Shown: piece by piece, positions 13,017 to 64,000 of the stretch
How positions within the stretch are numbered: position 1 is the first letter of the stretch
Layout of the letters: every line of letters begins with the position of its first letter
Assembly: GCA_002633005.1 (NCBI GenBank)
Contig: NMRA01000120.1
Location: forward strand, 1-64,000
Direction: 5' to 3'
DNA length: 64,000 nucleotides
DNA from: Phoronis australis
Taxonomy: Eukaryota > Animalia > Phoronida
Notes under the pieces: generated by a model
What the model saw: only the letters and a program-made list of their open reading frames with translations
Told to the model about the DNA's origin: nothing
The model's database searches: none
Position numbers and translations under genes: made by a program

Positions 13017-14369
13017 TGTGCAAAATCGGGTGTCTGAAATTAGTGGAGAATTTCTGTACCGAGAGAACTGTTCTATTGATTGTTCTCCATTTGGGTGTTC
13101 CAAATTATTACGTGACACTCTTCGTTATTCAGGGGCCTCTCAGGGTCTAATCTCTGAACTCAGATTTTGCTCATGTTGCATTATTCAAGTACAAATTTGT
13201 AAGTTTACTCAAAGTGTGCTATGTAGTTGGTCAATTTTCAAGTCGACTTTAGACAACAAAATCCATTGTTTTTGTGACAAATCTCAAATTATGGCTGTTG
13301 TCTGTCGGACATTCGCTGAAATCAGTCAAGGTCAGTAACTCGTATGTTAGACTAAAGGTCCTCTGGTTTTTTTAAACCGTCATTCATGGGACCATGTTTT
13401 AAGTGATTACTTATCTCAACTTGAGACTTGCGTACATGCCCAAGTAGTCATTAGGGTGTCTGAGTTAATGCCAAACCAAAGTATCGCTACGTATATTTTG
13501 ACAGTGAATATTTTCATTGTCAAATTGTAGTGGAGAACTCCGAAACTTTAGGATTCGGATTGTTTTGTTGAGGAAGTGTTACTGAACAGGTTCTTGTCAT
13601 CCTGATTGGTTTTAACTCAGTTATTGAAAACATCTTTTTCGTTTCCCAATAAAGGGAACAAATAATCTGTTGTTCTGTTTCATTACGAAATCTTTCACCT
13701 GGGGTGATAAAGTGATGATAAAGAACGAAATGCCTACACCGAAATGACCAAACATGCCAAAAACCATTCTCAGGTTCTGCTAGAGATTCATTATGGAAAT
13801 GACTTGACCGTGAGTGTTTGAGCACGTAGGTAATGACTTGACTGTGAATGATTGAGCAAGTAGGTAGTGATGTAACAGATTGAAATGATGCCAATTTGTG
13901 TGGACTGCAAAATAACATGTATATGGGTTTCCTTTTAAATGTTTATACAATGTTTAAACATTCATAAAATATGAAAATGAAACCAGGTAAAGAATACGGG
14001 AGATAAAGATTCACATGGGGTGACGGTGATACCAGGCACCCGGCTGGAGGCACACATTTAGGTAGTGCTGTGCAAATATGACAAATATCCACACCTTTAC
14101 AGATAACGTCATTAGGACCCATTCTCTCTCTGCACCATGTAATGATTAATGGTCTCCGATGAATTATTGAAAATTTACTTTGTATACAGGAACTTTTATT
14201 CTGTACAAAATATTAAAATTATATTACAATTCCAACAGCATCATTGTTACTACACTTGCACAATGCGGACTACACGTAAATTATGTGAAATCACACATAC
14301 AGCAATTCTCCACTTATTTTACAAAAAAAGGAATCGCCAAAAATTATTTTTCTATTGTTCAAAAGGCTA

Positions 14370-15369
14370 ATTACCTTGCTGCAAACAATGGAAACTACTA
14401 TAAATATTGTTTCATGACATCTATACAGTAATAGACTACAACGATCTTTATCATTTGTTGAGAAACCTGACAAAATAGCACTTGACCTGCCAGCCACATT
14501 AAGCCATAAATAGGAGGAAGAATTACAAGACAGTCCTCTAATACGGCACAATTCTGGCGAAGGCAAATAGCGATTCTCAACTCCTTGGTGTTAAAAGGGA
14601 ATTCCACCATTTTTTCTTTTTTGTTATGTTTAGTAAAAACAGATCCCTGGTTATGTTGGAGATATTTCTGTGTTAATCACCATACCCCCAGAATGATTTA
14701 CTACTCAAGGAAGAAAAAAATTACATGAATCGGGCGAATCCAGGATTTTGAGTTGGGGGGCCAGGGCAGTATTAGCCAGGATTTTGCCCATCAGACATTG
14801 GCACCCCCGAAACTGCCAAATGGGATCTGGGAAAATTTTGGGGGGCTTGCTCCTCCCCCCCCCCCCCTTAAATNATTACCTTGCTGCAAACAATGGAAAC
14901 TACTATAAATATTGTTTCATGACATCTATACAGTAATAGACTACAACGATCTTTATTATTTGTTGAGAAACTTGACAAAATAGCACTTGACCTGCCAGCC
15001 ACATTAAGCCATAAATAAGAGGAAGAATTACAAGACAGTCCTCTAATACGGCACAATTCTGGCGAAGGCCAATAGCGATTCTCAACTCCATGATGTTAAA
15101 AGGGAATTCCACCATTTTTTCTTTTTTGTTATGTTTAGTAAAAACAGATCCCCGGTTATGTTGGAGATATTTCTGTGTTAATCACCATACCCCCAGAATG
15201 ATTTACTACTCAAGGAAAAAAAAATGACATGAATCAGGCGAATCCAGGATTTTGAGTTGGGGGGCCAGGGCAGTATTAGCCAGGATTTTGCCCATCAGAC
15301 ATTGGCACCACCGAAACTGCCACATGGGATCTTGGAAAATTTTGGGGGGCTTGCTCCTCCCCACTAAAT
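14370..15369. other. Duplication across single N (14874), probable haplotype overlap
   Basis: 14370-14873 matches 14875-15369. Confidence 0.85.
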
Positions 15370-15378
15370 CCGCCACTA
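15235..15378. mobile_element. Small hAT-like MITE (allelic copy near 14730-14873)
   Basis: caggcgaatccagg ... ctaaatccgccacta; tgaat on both flanks. Confidence 0.55.
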
Positions 15379-16245
15379 TGAATGGTCCATCCAAGGGTTT
15401 GAATCTTGATTCAGCACTCACTTCTACTGAGCAACCACAAACGACAGACACAAACTGTTCAACACTCAGTAGTACAAAGGCCCTTTAGATCACATTCTAT
15501 AGATAATAAGTTCATGCCAAGGGAACTCTGATTAACACCAAAATGTCACCCAGGATAACCAGGGATTTATGTTCACACACAGCAACAGCCAAAAACATTG
15601 GTTTCCCCTTTAAGTTAGTAGTTGCATAAAGTAGCAATACACCGTACTAATCCATGTCAAGTACTGTAGTTGCAATAGATATGAATAAAATTAACAGTTG
15701 TGTCTACATATCTTCAGGTCAAACTATGGCCCAATGGAATTCAGAACCAAAGAAGCAAAAGTTATGTGAACCCCATGAGCTGAAAAAGTTGGAATGATTT
15801 CTAGCAATAATGGGCGGATTTGTAATGACGCAAAATAAAAAATTTACTACGTCACAATAATTTTTGCGCCTACTGGTAACAATAACATAAAAAATGAAGT
15901 GAGCAACATATTGATATGTTTTAAAGGGGCAATAGACCCTCATTAGTCAAAAACTTTGAATTAGGCCACTGAAGAACTGATTGTTTTGCTTCAGATGTCT
16001 CATGCCGATTACCATAAAAAGCCTCCAGTTTGAGAAAATTTGGTACAATGAAATTCCTGCCAAAAATGAATTTTCTTGATTCTGAAGATTGGTACACTGG
16101 CAATTTTGGGTTCATCACATTTCTCAAATATAGGACATTGTGCTTTGTATCAACAGAATCTGAAAATAGACTTGGAAATTCATAAAATCTTCAAAAACAG
16201 CTGCTAAAGTAGCGCTTTCATATATCCCCAAAGTGTTAGCAATAA

Positions 16246-16488
16246 ATATAAAAAATAATTGCAGGCGGTCTGATACACGTTGTACTAGACGTGCGCAGGC
16301 CTCGCATGTGGGCCCATTGCACTGATCACCTGGAAATATTTTTATGCTTTATTGATATATGGTTAAAACCAAGCCGAGGAGCTAGAAACCTGGCTCAAGG
16401 GTTTAGCAGTGTGACCTGGTGGGACTCGAACCCACGACCTCGAGTAAAGAAAGCGGGCACTTATCAACCAGGCCACACTGCCTTCTCC
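16246..16488 (-). mobile_element. tRNA-derived SINE with 11-bp TSD
   Basis: A box TGGCCTGGTTGA, B box GGTTCGAGTCC, then CCCTTGAGCCAGG; TSD gttagcaataa at 16235-16245 and 16489-16499. Confidence 0.8.
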
Positions 16489-17149
16489 GTTAGCAATAAG
16501 ATGGATCATAGTTTGTCACTGACAGTAAGTCTTCAAATTGGGACAGCCAATATTACCTCTAATTCTAAAATTTGGGACAAGCTCTGACCTCGAGCAAAAT
16601 AATAGTTTCAATGTCCAAAACTGGAGAATTTTTACAGTAGTTTCAGATGCTAAATCAGCATAGAGCAATTTAAACAATTTCAATTCAAACAAAATGTAAA
16701 AGATGAATTTGATGACCCTGTTTTGACAACTAAGCAGGATACCATTTTCTACACATACCATTCCTGTAAGAGTGTGGACACCATTTTTCCATGACATAAG
16801 CGCAGCAACCAATCAGGTTAATTAAAACACGACCACTGCTGCCCTCTTGTGGTAAGAGAGTCACCAATAGGCTAGATACAAAAGCTGGAAGAATCTCGCA
16901 GCAGTATTTTGCTGGACTTGGTTGCATCAAGTGCTAATTTGACCAAACAAACATCGCCATCATGGCTTCCTATAGCCAATTCAACCAACTTGCATCTTTC
17001 CTTTATTTGTACACATGGCCATCAGCCCAAAGTACACCAAACAAATACGATCATTGGAGCGCTATGCACACTAGTAAGCAATACACAATGCCTAGGTATC
17101 GGAATTACACAACAGTCTATAAAATTTTAAAAAGAGGGACTTGTCCAGA

Positions 17150-17315
17150 GGCTCTCACTTAGAAGCTTAGCTCTGATTTTGGAAAAAGCGTCGCAAACTG
17201 ACAAAAACTGATATTCATCTTCGACAGAATTCCTCGAGCATAATGTACGCACTCTGTCTTGATATATCGCATTTACCTGACGACCAGTTTCTACTACCAG
17301 TCTGTGGTATGCACC
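17150..17315 (-). mobile_element. Degenerate non-LTR retrotransposon ORF2 C-terminal fragment
   Basis: HRLVVETGR...RTLC...VEDEYQFLSVCDAFSKIR resembles the H-x-L-x-x-E-x-G-R...EDE-x-HF-xxx-C tail of LINE ORF2. Confidence 0.65.
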
Positions 17316-18511
17316 AACTACCACTACCCTAATGGTGGGTATATCAAAGGATAGAACAGGATGTGTGATGAAGCCAACTGAACCACTAGCACCATCCACT
17401 AAAACTTTTTAAGTTGTTGACCCAAAGTTTAGCGAAGAAGATGGAGAAAATTCAACTTAAACGGAATGTTTTTTATTATAGATCAAAATTAATCCTGATT
17501 TACTATGATTGCGAATTGTTTTTTGCCAGCGATTTTTGTAACCGATCAAAAGTGATTCGTTTTGATGTATAAAATACAAAAAAGTTGGATTAATTAACTT
17601 GGGTCCAGCAACTGTTAAGTCACACTCAACTTTGTACAGCGCATAAAATTATGTCTCGTCATTTTTTGGTGATGTGAATTCATTGTTCAAACTACCTGGG
17701 TACTAAGGGTTCTGCCACACAAGTATTAATTCAAAGATGTGATAATACCATGTGGTAAATGACTAAGAATGTACAGTAAGCTCCACCTTGTGGATGGTGT
17801 CATATTCAAGGCATGTTTTTGGCCACATTTCTACTTGCCCGCAGCCTATATCATGAAGATGTTAAGACGCACTCTGACATTTCAAGAATGAATTTGGTGC
17901 GACGAGTTCTTTAGATATGGTTCAACAAATATAACAATATGAAAATCTGATTACTGTTTTTTTTGGAACATCACAGATCAAAGGCCACAAAAATGCTTCA
18001 GATTAAAAAAATTTGAAATAAACCTGAACTTCATTAATTTTGTAAATACCATTATTAGGTAGACATACACATAAAGCTCACAAAATTTAACATCTAAATG
18101 TCCTAAACCAATCAAACGATAAGCATTACCCCCACAGAATGGATACAAATAGAAAATTTCAACATCACAATTTCACAAAACAGCTAGAAAACACCTCATT
18201 GCCTTACTCGTATCGTATCTAGTACAAAACTTGCTGCTTTTAATATAACTGACATACGTCATTCAAATGCCGACCTCAATAATTATCAGACATTTTAATC
18301 CATGAGACACTTTGGCATTCAGATAATGAAATCAATGTAAAAAAGTTCAGCGAGATTATGAAGCTGTTTCAGTATGAATGCAATTAGACTTCAGTGAAGT
18401 CTTCAAATAACGAAACTACAGGCTAAGAACTTATAACCACTTTGACCATAAAAATAACCACATATGGAGAGCAGACCCTTAGGCAGGGCATAGTATACAA
18501 GGCGCAGTGCT

Positions 18512-56286
<37,775 letters not shown>

Positions 56287-58476
56287 CTGTAAAATTATAA
56301 CACATTGATAATGAACAGCAGGACACAACAGAGTTGGCATCAGGGCTCAGAATAAGTGATTTAACGCAAAAAAAACGAGTGGAAAAGTAATACATGAGTG
56401 GAAAATTGACCTCACATGTATCAATCATACAGTAGCCACTTTTTATGAGCCCAAATCTTGCAATACGAGCGGCAAATATGCCGTCACACATATTTTCGAG
56501 CGGACACTTTTGCCTGTGTCGAGCACTGGGTATCCAACATTTCATATTTGTAAATGTTATTTAGAGACGAACACAAACAGATTTTTTCTTTTGTCAGATA
56601 AGATATCTAGCACTAACTTAATAATATAAAGTTCTACAGCGTAGTATTTGTTATTTGAAGGCAAACTCAAAAATTCTTTTCTTTTTTTCAAATAAGATAG
56701 CTACCACTAATATAATCCTACAAAATTTTGTACCGAGGGGTTTGTTACTTAGAGGAAAAGCCAAACAGAATGATGTTTTTCTGTTTTCAGTTAAGATAGC
56801 TGCAGCTAATTTAAAGCTGTGAAGTTCTATATTGTGGTGTTTGTTAATTTGAGAAAAAGCCAGTTACTATAGCTACAACTAACATACCATCCTACACTGC
56901 ACTTACTAACATCATATCAACAATATCAATGACCAATTTCGACTGCCACAATACTTGTTATACAAAACTGGTAAGATTTTACTGAGAGAATTTAACATTA
57001 CAGCAAGGCCTTAAGAATCCATCCATTGTAATCCAACAAACATTTTTAAGTGCTTGCTGTTTAATACATTATCCTCAGTGGGACCTTTCCCAGTTTTTTA
57101 GTATGGTGTAGTATGGTAAAATCTTGCCAATTGATGACGGAATATGACAGACAAGAGGAAATTTTATTTGCTTGTTTTTTCATAAACAAATATGGAGTTC
57201 CAAATTAATGTTTTACCATATTCAAGTTCTTTATATAACCTAGACAGTATTAGACGCAAGTTTTTTTAAAAAATGTGGGCATTCACAAAAGTGTTAAGAG
57301 ACTCTGAATCTGAAGATGGAAATTTAGGCAATAGTTTTTCGTCCAAAATTGGTGACATTTTACTATAACCATATAAAACAATGACAAACCATAATGATAA
57401 ATTCAGGAGCCCTTTATGACTCAACTTTCAATAGCAACACATATCCAAAATACAGTGCAATAAATTCACGGCAAGAGTTCTAACTCTTATCAAATGAGTT
57501 TCAAAATCAACATCTGATCCTAATCAGTAGGTCAGTGTCATTTAAACAATTACTCTATAATTAAATAATCATGTCAACTAGGTATTCTGTGCATCTCTTC
57601 CATAAACATCCTGCTGATGTCTACAGTAACTTGTAATCCAAACAGATGTGTATTACCAAGGATTACACAACTGTTAACAGGGTAAAACCATTAACAGGTC
57701 TGTTGCCAGTTAGCCCTACCACCACTGGCATCTCCATAGTCATTAAATTGTCTGGTAGTCAGACATACAACCATCCATGAACCACGTTGTCAACTACTAT
57801 ACCTGGAACATTACATGTCAGTACAAGAGTGAATTCTTGCACTGATCAACATCAATGGCAAGGCTCCTTGCGACAAATGCTTTTTCATAGACTTTTCACT
57901 GCTTTATTTACACATTTTTGTCAAAAAAATGTGATTACCTTACATGAAATCGAAAGAAGACTATTTAAAAAAATGAACGTAAACCTGAAGTCAAATGACT
58001 CGGTGTATGATCTTTAGATAATGCTCAAGTTGGGACATTTTACAAGAAAAGGTCAATTCTGCCTCAATTTTTTATACATGCAAGCAAATTTTACAAGTCC
58101 TAAGACCAAGAAACTTCTTGACGTGGCCATTATTTTGTACCACTTTGATTATTCAGCAGCTGGTTGATAATCTGCCACATGTATGACCTTCAAAAATCAA
58201 TTATGCAAATAGCTTAAAATAAAGCTATTTGTTTTGTAATTGGCCTTGTGCCCAGCTCACATGAAGGCAGAGCCCAGTTCACAAAGGTTTAACTTCTTCC
58301 TATTGATAGCCAGGTAGAAAAACTCGAATATTCAATATTACGACAATTCACCACTTATTCTGAACAAAACGATTGCCCAAAATTTTCATTTTTTCCATTT
58401 TTAAAGGCTGGTTATCTTGTTACCCATAACTGAAACTTTGTCAAATGTTGTTTTATGACCTTTACACACAGAAAAC

Positions 58477-60317
58477 CAAGCTAAGAAAAGATGATTACAG
58501 AAAATTTTCTTCGTTTCTGTCTTTGTGGAAAATCTTATGAAATAAAAGTTCACTTGTCTGCCACATCTGGGCTAAACAGGTGAAAAATTGTCATATTCAT
58601 GGCACAGCACCCGATTATTTTAAATAATGTTCAGCAGAGGACAGATGCACATTCTTAGTGCATTCATAGAACCTTAAGTTCCCCTGCAATTCCTCATGTG
58701 AAATCCTTTGGCTAAACAAACCTAGATTGAATACGCTGCGATTACCCATTCCAATAGTTATATATCATCTATTATTAGCCGTAAATTTTTAAAAACCATT
58801 TTAAATTACATCTCTAACAGCGTTTTATTTAACAAAATTAAATATCTGATCAGTTTTTCCTACTGTTATGCTTTTACTTACCGGTACTTCATTTCCTAAG
58901 TACACTTAAATATTACTATCTTGTTATCAATTTATTTAAGTACTTATTATTTATTCATTTATTAGTGTGCTTTTTAGCAATTTTCTCGTTATGCCTGGCT
59001 ATAATTTTCACTTATCATTGCTTTGCATGTTTTAATCCAACTTCACTTCATTTCGTATTCCAATTTATTTTCAAGGGACCACCACAGAAATAAGTCTCTT
59101 ACTATCTGGATTTATCCTGGTTGTACACATTTTACTCTTTTCATGTATTATCATTACATCTGTCTTACTTTTGTTTTTAAGTTTCACATTTACTGTCATC
59201 ATTTTGTGTTTATAACCTAAAAAATCAACCAATCAATAAAAACCACCAGCTTTTAACTTTTTAAGTTTTACAGAAATATGAAGATCGCCACAGTGCAGTC
59301 AAAGCAATTAAAGGACAATTCTTTGTCTGTTTTAAATCTTATCAACAATAAGAATGAAAGTACTTGTATCTCTTAGCATCAAGCTCTGCAAAAAAANCAA
59401 GCTAAGAAAAGATGCTTACAGAAAATTTTCTTCGTTTCTGTCTTTGTGGAAAATCTTATGAAATAAAAGTTCACTTGCCTGCCACATCTGGGCTAAACAG
59501 GTGAAAATTTGTCATATTCATGGCACAGCACCCGATTATTTTAAATAATGTTCAGCAGAGGACAGATGCACATTCTTAGTGCATTCATAGAACCTTAAGT
59601 TCCCCTGCAATTCCTCATGTGAAATCCTTTGGCTAAACAAACCTAGATTGAATACGCTGTGATTACACATTCCAATAGTTATATATCGTCTATTATTAGC
59701 CGTAAATTTTTTAAAACCATTTTAAATTACATCTCTAACAACGTTTTATTTAACAAAATTAAATATCTGATCAGTTTTTCCTACTGTCATGCTTTTACTT
59801 ACCGGTACTTCATTTCCTAAGTACACTTAAATATTACTATCTTGTTATCAATTTATTTAAGTACTTATTATTTATTCATTTATTAGTGTGCTTTTTTAGC
59901 AATTTTCTCGTTATGCCTGACTACAATTTTCACTTATCATTGCTTTGCATGTTTTAATCCAACTTCACTTCATTTCGTATTCCAATTTATTTTCAAGGGA
60001 CCACCACAGAAATAAGTCTCTTACTATCTGGTTTTATCCTGGTTGTACACATTTTACTCTTTTCATGTATTATCATTACATCTGTCTTACTTTTGTTTTT
60101 AAGTTTCACATTTACTGTCATCATTTTGTGTTTATAACCTAAAAAATCAACCAATCAATAAAAACCACCAGCTTTTAACTTTTTAAGTTTTACAGAAATA
60201 TGAAGATCGCCACAGTGCAGTCAAAGCAATTAAAGGACAATTCTTTGTCTGTTTTAAATCTTATCAACAATAAGAATGAAAGTACTTGTATCTCTTAGCA
60301 TCAAGCTCTGCAAAAAA
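58477..60317. other. Duplication across single N (59397), probable haplotype overlap
   Basis: 58477-59396 matches 59398-60317. Confidence 0.85.
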
Positions 60318-60942
60318 ACTCTGTTGCTGGCATTGACTGCCTACAAGTACGGTTAATGTACTTACTTCACAGCAGATTACCCTTCTGAGACACAGTGATT
60401 ATGGGTAATTCACCTCGATTCTGTGAATCATTTATGTATGTTATTCCTGGCTGGAAATGTGTCAAGTTTTGTGCACTTTAGGAAGTACAACTACATAAAC
60501 AAAGTGCTATGTACCAGAGACTCTTCAGAAAACCTCACACATGTTGCAGTCAATTCCAAACCAGAAGGATCAAGTTGTGTGAGAAAATTACAAAATACCC
60601 ATGGTCAGAGGTGACACACACACACATATCTCTACTGATTGATGACCACACACCTGTTCAATGAAGACATACTAATTACAGGAAAGTTGATGGAGTCACA
60701 ATCATTAGTGCAATAGACATTACAACTAACTTCATAGATGGAAGGCCAATCAGAGTGAAAAACTGTTCAGTGACTGGATCTATCAATTTGGTGACCAGAT
60801 TTACCACACAGATGTAAACAGGAGATACAACATGATGGCCGGGTTCAAATGCAAGACCTTTTTTATACGACTTAGTCTGGAGCAAACTGTGATTGGAACA
60901 TACCTAGATTACCGCAATAAGCGAACTATCGCAACTTTAGCC

Positions 60943-61032
60943 TTTCTCACTATACCATTAAACTTTGACCGTTGTAAATTAAACGACCCTTTCTCACTAT
61001 ACTCTTAAACTTCCACCGTTGTAAATTAAACG
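60943..61032. repeat. Two tandem units of about 46 bp
   Basis: tttctcactata...ccgttgtaaattaaacga twice. Confidence 0.85.
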
Positions 61033-62969
61033 ATGACCTCATCAAACATGGGATGTTGCTAACCCACACCGAAACACCTTGATGAAAAATGGCGTAGCGT
61101 GAAAGTTATTTGTGCTGTTTTATCAGCGCTGTTAGGGATAATTTATGCATTAATGTTGAATGTTGGTAGAAAGAGAAATGAGCGAACATGAAAGCAAGCT
61201 GCACAGAGAACTAGAGTGGGCTAGACACTCGTATGAATATTTACGAGGGCCGAGATTTACGCTGTACTTATATGATTGGATTAACCTTAGTAAGCTGACT
61301 AATGCGGTCTTTTGTTCCGTCATAAATTTATTTCCAAGTAAATTTAGTCCAGAGTAAATGATCTCTCCCAGTTATAACTAATTATGGTCAGGAAAGAATG
61401 CTATCCCAATATTGCAGTGCCATTAGGGCTGATTAGGCCCATGGGCGTTTGTGCAGAACTGCAATTATATGCAAAACTTATAAGTTGCATTTCTCTAAGG
61501 AAATGTTGTCCTTATGAAAAGAAAATCATTTGAAAAGGAAAACGGGTACCCCTTTATGTACATTATTGCATGGGCCTGTACACGGGACAACATCCTTGTG
61601 ATATATGTGTAATTTAGGTGCATGCGCTTATATGCGAACCACTTGGGTACAAAAAGGCTGAGAAAAATGGCAATATTTCAGGTACAGGCCCATGGGCCAA
61701 GTTGCAAGGCATAACGATAGTACGTTGTTCTTGACTTGTATTGGGAAAAGCCTAACACCATGGTCCGGACATTGACATTCAAAGGCTGGACTTGGTAAAT
61801 AATACGACAGCAGATCCTCTGGACCCCTCTAAATGTGTCTATGTCCAACTCCAACAGTATGTACAGTCTACGTACAGGTACAACCAGTCATCTTTCACAA
61901 CAATGAACTACAGAACCTGCAGCTATGTTGCTCATCTAGCAGGACTCCCGGCCATACTAATGGACACCCTGACTCAAATTCAGACACCCAAGTTAGAACA
62001 CCTTCTCAGCATTTGGATGCCCAAGTAAAGTAAGCGAATAAGCTTGGTGTCACTTTAAACTTGTTTACAGCAACCTGGGAGCTTATTCAGCCTGTCCAGA
62101 ATAAAACTTTAGCCAGAGATATGAGGTAAGAAATAACAAACTTTGTTGCAGACCTATGTCTGCACAGTAACATATCACAGTAAAACAGTAATTCGACCTG
62201 GGGTCATAAAAACACACTAATACATCATTGGTCACAGGGTGCTCTGAGAAAGTGGTAAACCCATTTTAGACGTCCTATTTTCGAAAACCTGGATGGACTC
62301 CTGGTTGGGAGACAGAAATGAACACCAGAGAAGACTGGTCAAAGTATGCTGGCCAATACTAGTGACAATCACTAACTGCCTCAACACTCAAGATGTTCAA
62401 GGCATGAAAGGTAGTGTGCACACAGATATGCACACAGTTCCATCGATTAGTTTCCTAATACATGTTCACCATGGCAGGTTAAGAGAATCAGGGCACTGAA
62501 CATGTATGAGAGAGCCTTGTGACCAGGTAACATATATTAAACAGGTGCTCATCAAGAATGAATAGTTTGAAGCGTCTAGGTAAACACCGTGTTGCAAGCT
62601 GTTCTGTGTGCTGTCAATCACCGTCAATATCACTGTTGACCCCATGTTTCCTATCCAATGTACTCTACTGTAGTCTAAAACATTTGGGAAATTTGCACTT
62701 TTGCACAGGGACTATAGGCAATTAGCGTAGCTTAATGCCAACATGCTTCTGAGAAACAAAAACACAATACAAGGAGTGACATATGTCCATTACATAAAAG
62801 GTGGTCATATTCTGGAATTCATACATATCTGTTGACAGGATCCTGATCTTCCAAACTATATTGTTCACAAACGCTGGGCTAATGCAATCAATTTTTGAAA
62901 TTCATGCACTTGTGATGATGTGACTGGAAGTTCCATAACAGTGATTCTGTAGACAAATACAATGCTTAC

Positions 62970-63027
62970 TTGTTAACTATAAAATGGTGCAAACCAACAC
63001 AAAGCACGATGAGCGACCGTTGACTGA
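62970..63027 (-). promoter_or_regulatory. Candidate internal Par-3 TSS and short non-coding first exon
   Basis: Inr-like TCAGTC at 63027-63022 followed about 56 nt later by AA|gtaagc. Confidence 0.35.
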
Positions 63028-63299
63028 ACTGTCTAATTAGAAACTACAGCAAGGCAGAAGTTTTCCTTTACAACCACTCGTCGTATACACGGCATCACAA
63101 AGAAATGTGATAATCTGTGCTGTTGAACAAGTGTAAATGTGTTGATCATCTTCGGTTTCAAACAGTTGTGCCTAAGACACATAACTGTCATGAAACAAGA
63201 TGTTCAACAGTAAAATAACATCAGTTTCAGACAAAAACAAAATTAATGCTAAAATCGGACTTTCTTCAGGGTTGAGAATGCTCAAAATTTCTGAAAAAC

Positions 63300-64000
63300 A
63301 TTTATTTATTATTATTATTTATTTTATTATTGTGATATTTAAAATGAGGGTGGCCTCTTCAGTGATAGCACTGCTTTCCAAGAGGGCCCTCAACAAGAAA
63401 AACAGTAATATAATACAATGAAGTAATAAAACAACAATGAAATATACGTAACAAAGATACAATTAAAACAGGTTGAGAATTAAGACAATAACTAAATGAC
63501 AAATAATGGTAAAAATTTAACTAAGACAGATGAAATAAATTAAGAGATGATTCTAGACAGTGAGAGTATTTACGACAATGAAAAAAATGACATGATTAAG
63601 ACAGGCAGGGTATAAAAGGTCAAGTAAATTACAGCCACTTTTTAATATTTACTTTAAAGGTAGTAATTGAATTGGACCGTTTAATTTCTGGGCTAAAAGA
63701 ATTCCATATTATAGCAGCTGCATAGATAAAAGATCTCTTGCCCGTCTCGGTTTTAATTTTTTTAGAATAAACATTGCCAGCAACAGAAGAACGTGCAGAA
63801 TATACAGCCTGGCTGCTATTGAATTTACTGCTGAGATATGCTGGAGCCAAGCCATTGATACATCTGTACATACAACAGGCAGAGAGATATTTATTTCTTT
63901 GTCTTATTTTCATAAATCCCAGCTTGGAATACAAGTCATCAACCCTAGTGTCCCTAATTTTAGTACCCAGGATAGCCCTGGTGGCTCTATTGCCTGACCA
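63300..64000 (-). mobile_element. 3' end of a CR1/L2-group LINE (continues past window)
   Basis: NRATRAIL...MYRCINGLAPAYL...TETGKRSFIYAAAIIWNSF...TFKVNIKKWL*; 3' stem-loop near 63346-63391 and AAT/TAAA tail. Confidence 0.85.

Noticed and set aside
16411-16488. tRNA gene
   Set aside because: No full cloverleaf; continues into a body with tail and TSD, so it is a SINE head.
59070-59240. LINE-like 3' end with aatcaa tail (duplicated near 60000)
   Set aside because: Resemblance only; no ORF remnant or TSD found.
61038-61086. tcatcaa/ttgatga hairpin containing ccgaaac
   Set aside because: Lacks CUGANGA in the right order for a ribozyme; no C/D box pair.

Overview
AT-rich, intron-rich animal genomic DNA (invertebrate bilaterian; lophotrochozoan is a guess), so most of the ORF track is noise. 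Two convergent genes can be assembled by hand with GT-AG junctions and consistent phases. (1) A complete 4-coding-exon DCAKD (dephospho-CoA kinase domain, 227 aa) on + at 6082-10390. (2) Most of a Par-3/PARD3/Bazooka gene on - at 18512-56286: 24 exons, about 1316 aa, with PDZ1-3, the aPKC CR3 site and both 14-3-3 sites; the N-terminal oligomerisation domain was not found in the window. Par-3 shows candidate 21- and 24-nt microexons, tandem in-frame acceptors, alternative terminal exons and a possible internal promoter. The most striking non-genic feature is a Penelope-like retroelement in a Par-3 intron (30318-31288): two apparently identical inverted 3' ends, each with a GIY-YIG C-terminus and a minimal type I hammerhead ribozyme, flanked by a 12-bp TSD. 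The window also has MITEs, a tRNA-SINE with TSD, LINE 3' ends and minisatellites. Four duplications abutting single Ns are probably haplotype-overlap assembly artefacts, one exposing a polymorphic insertion. All calls are by eye; no database search was run.
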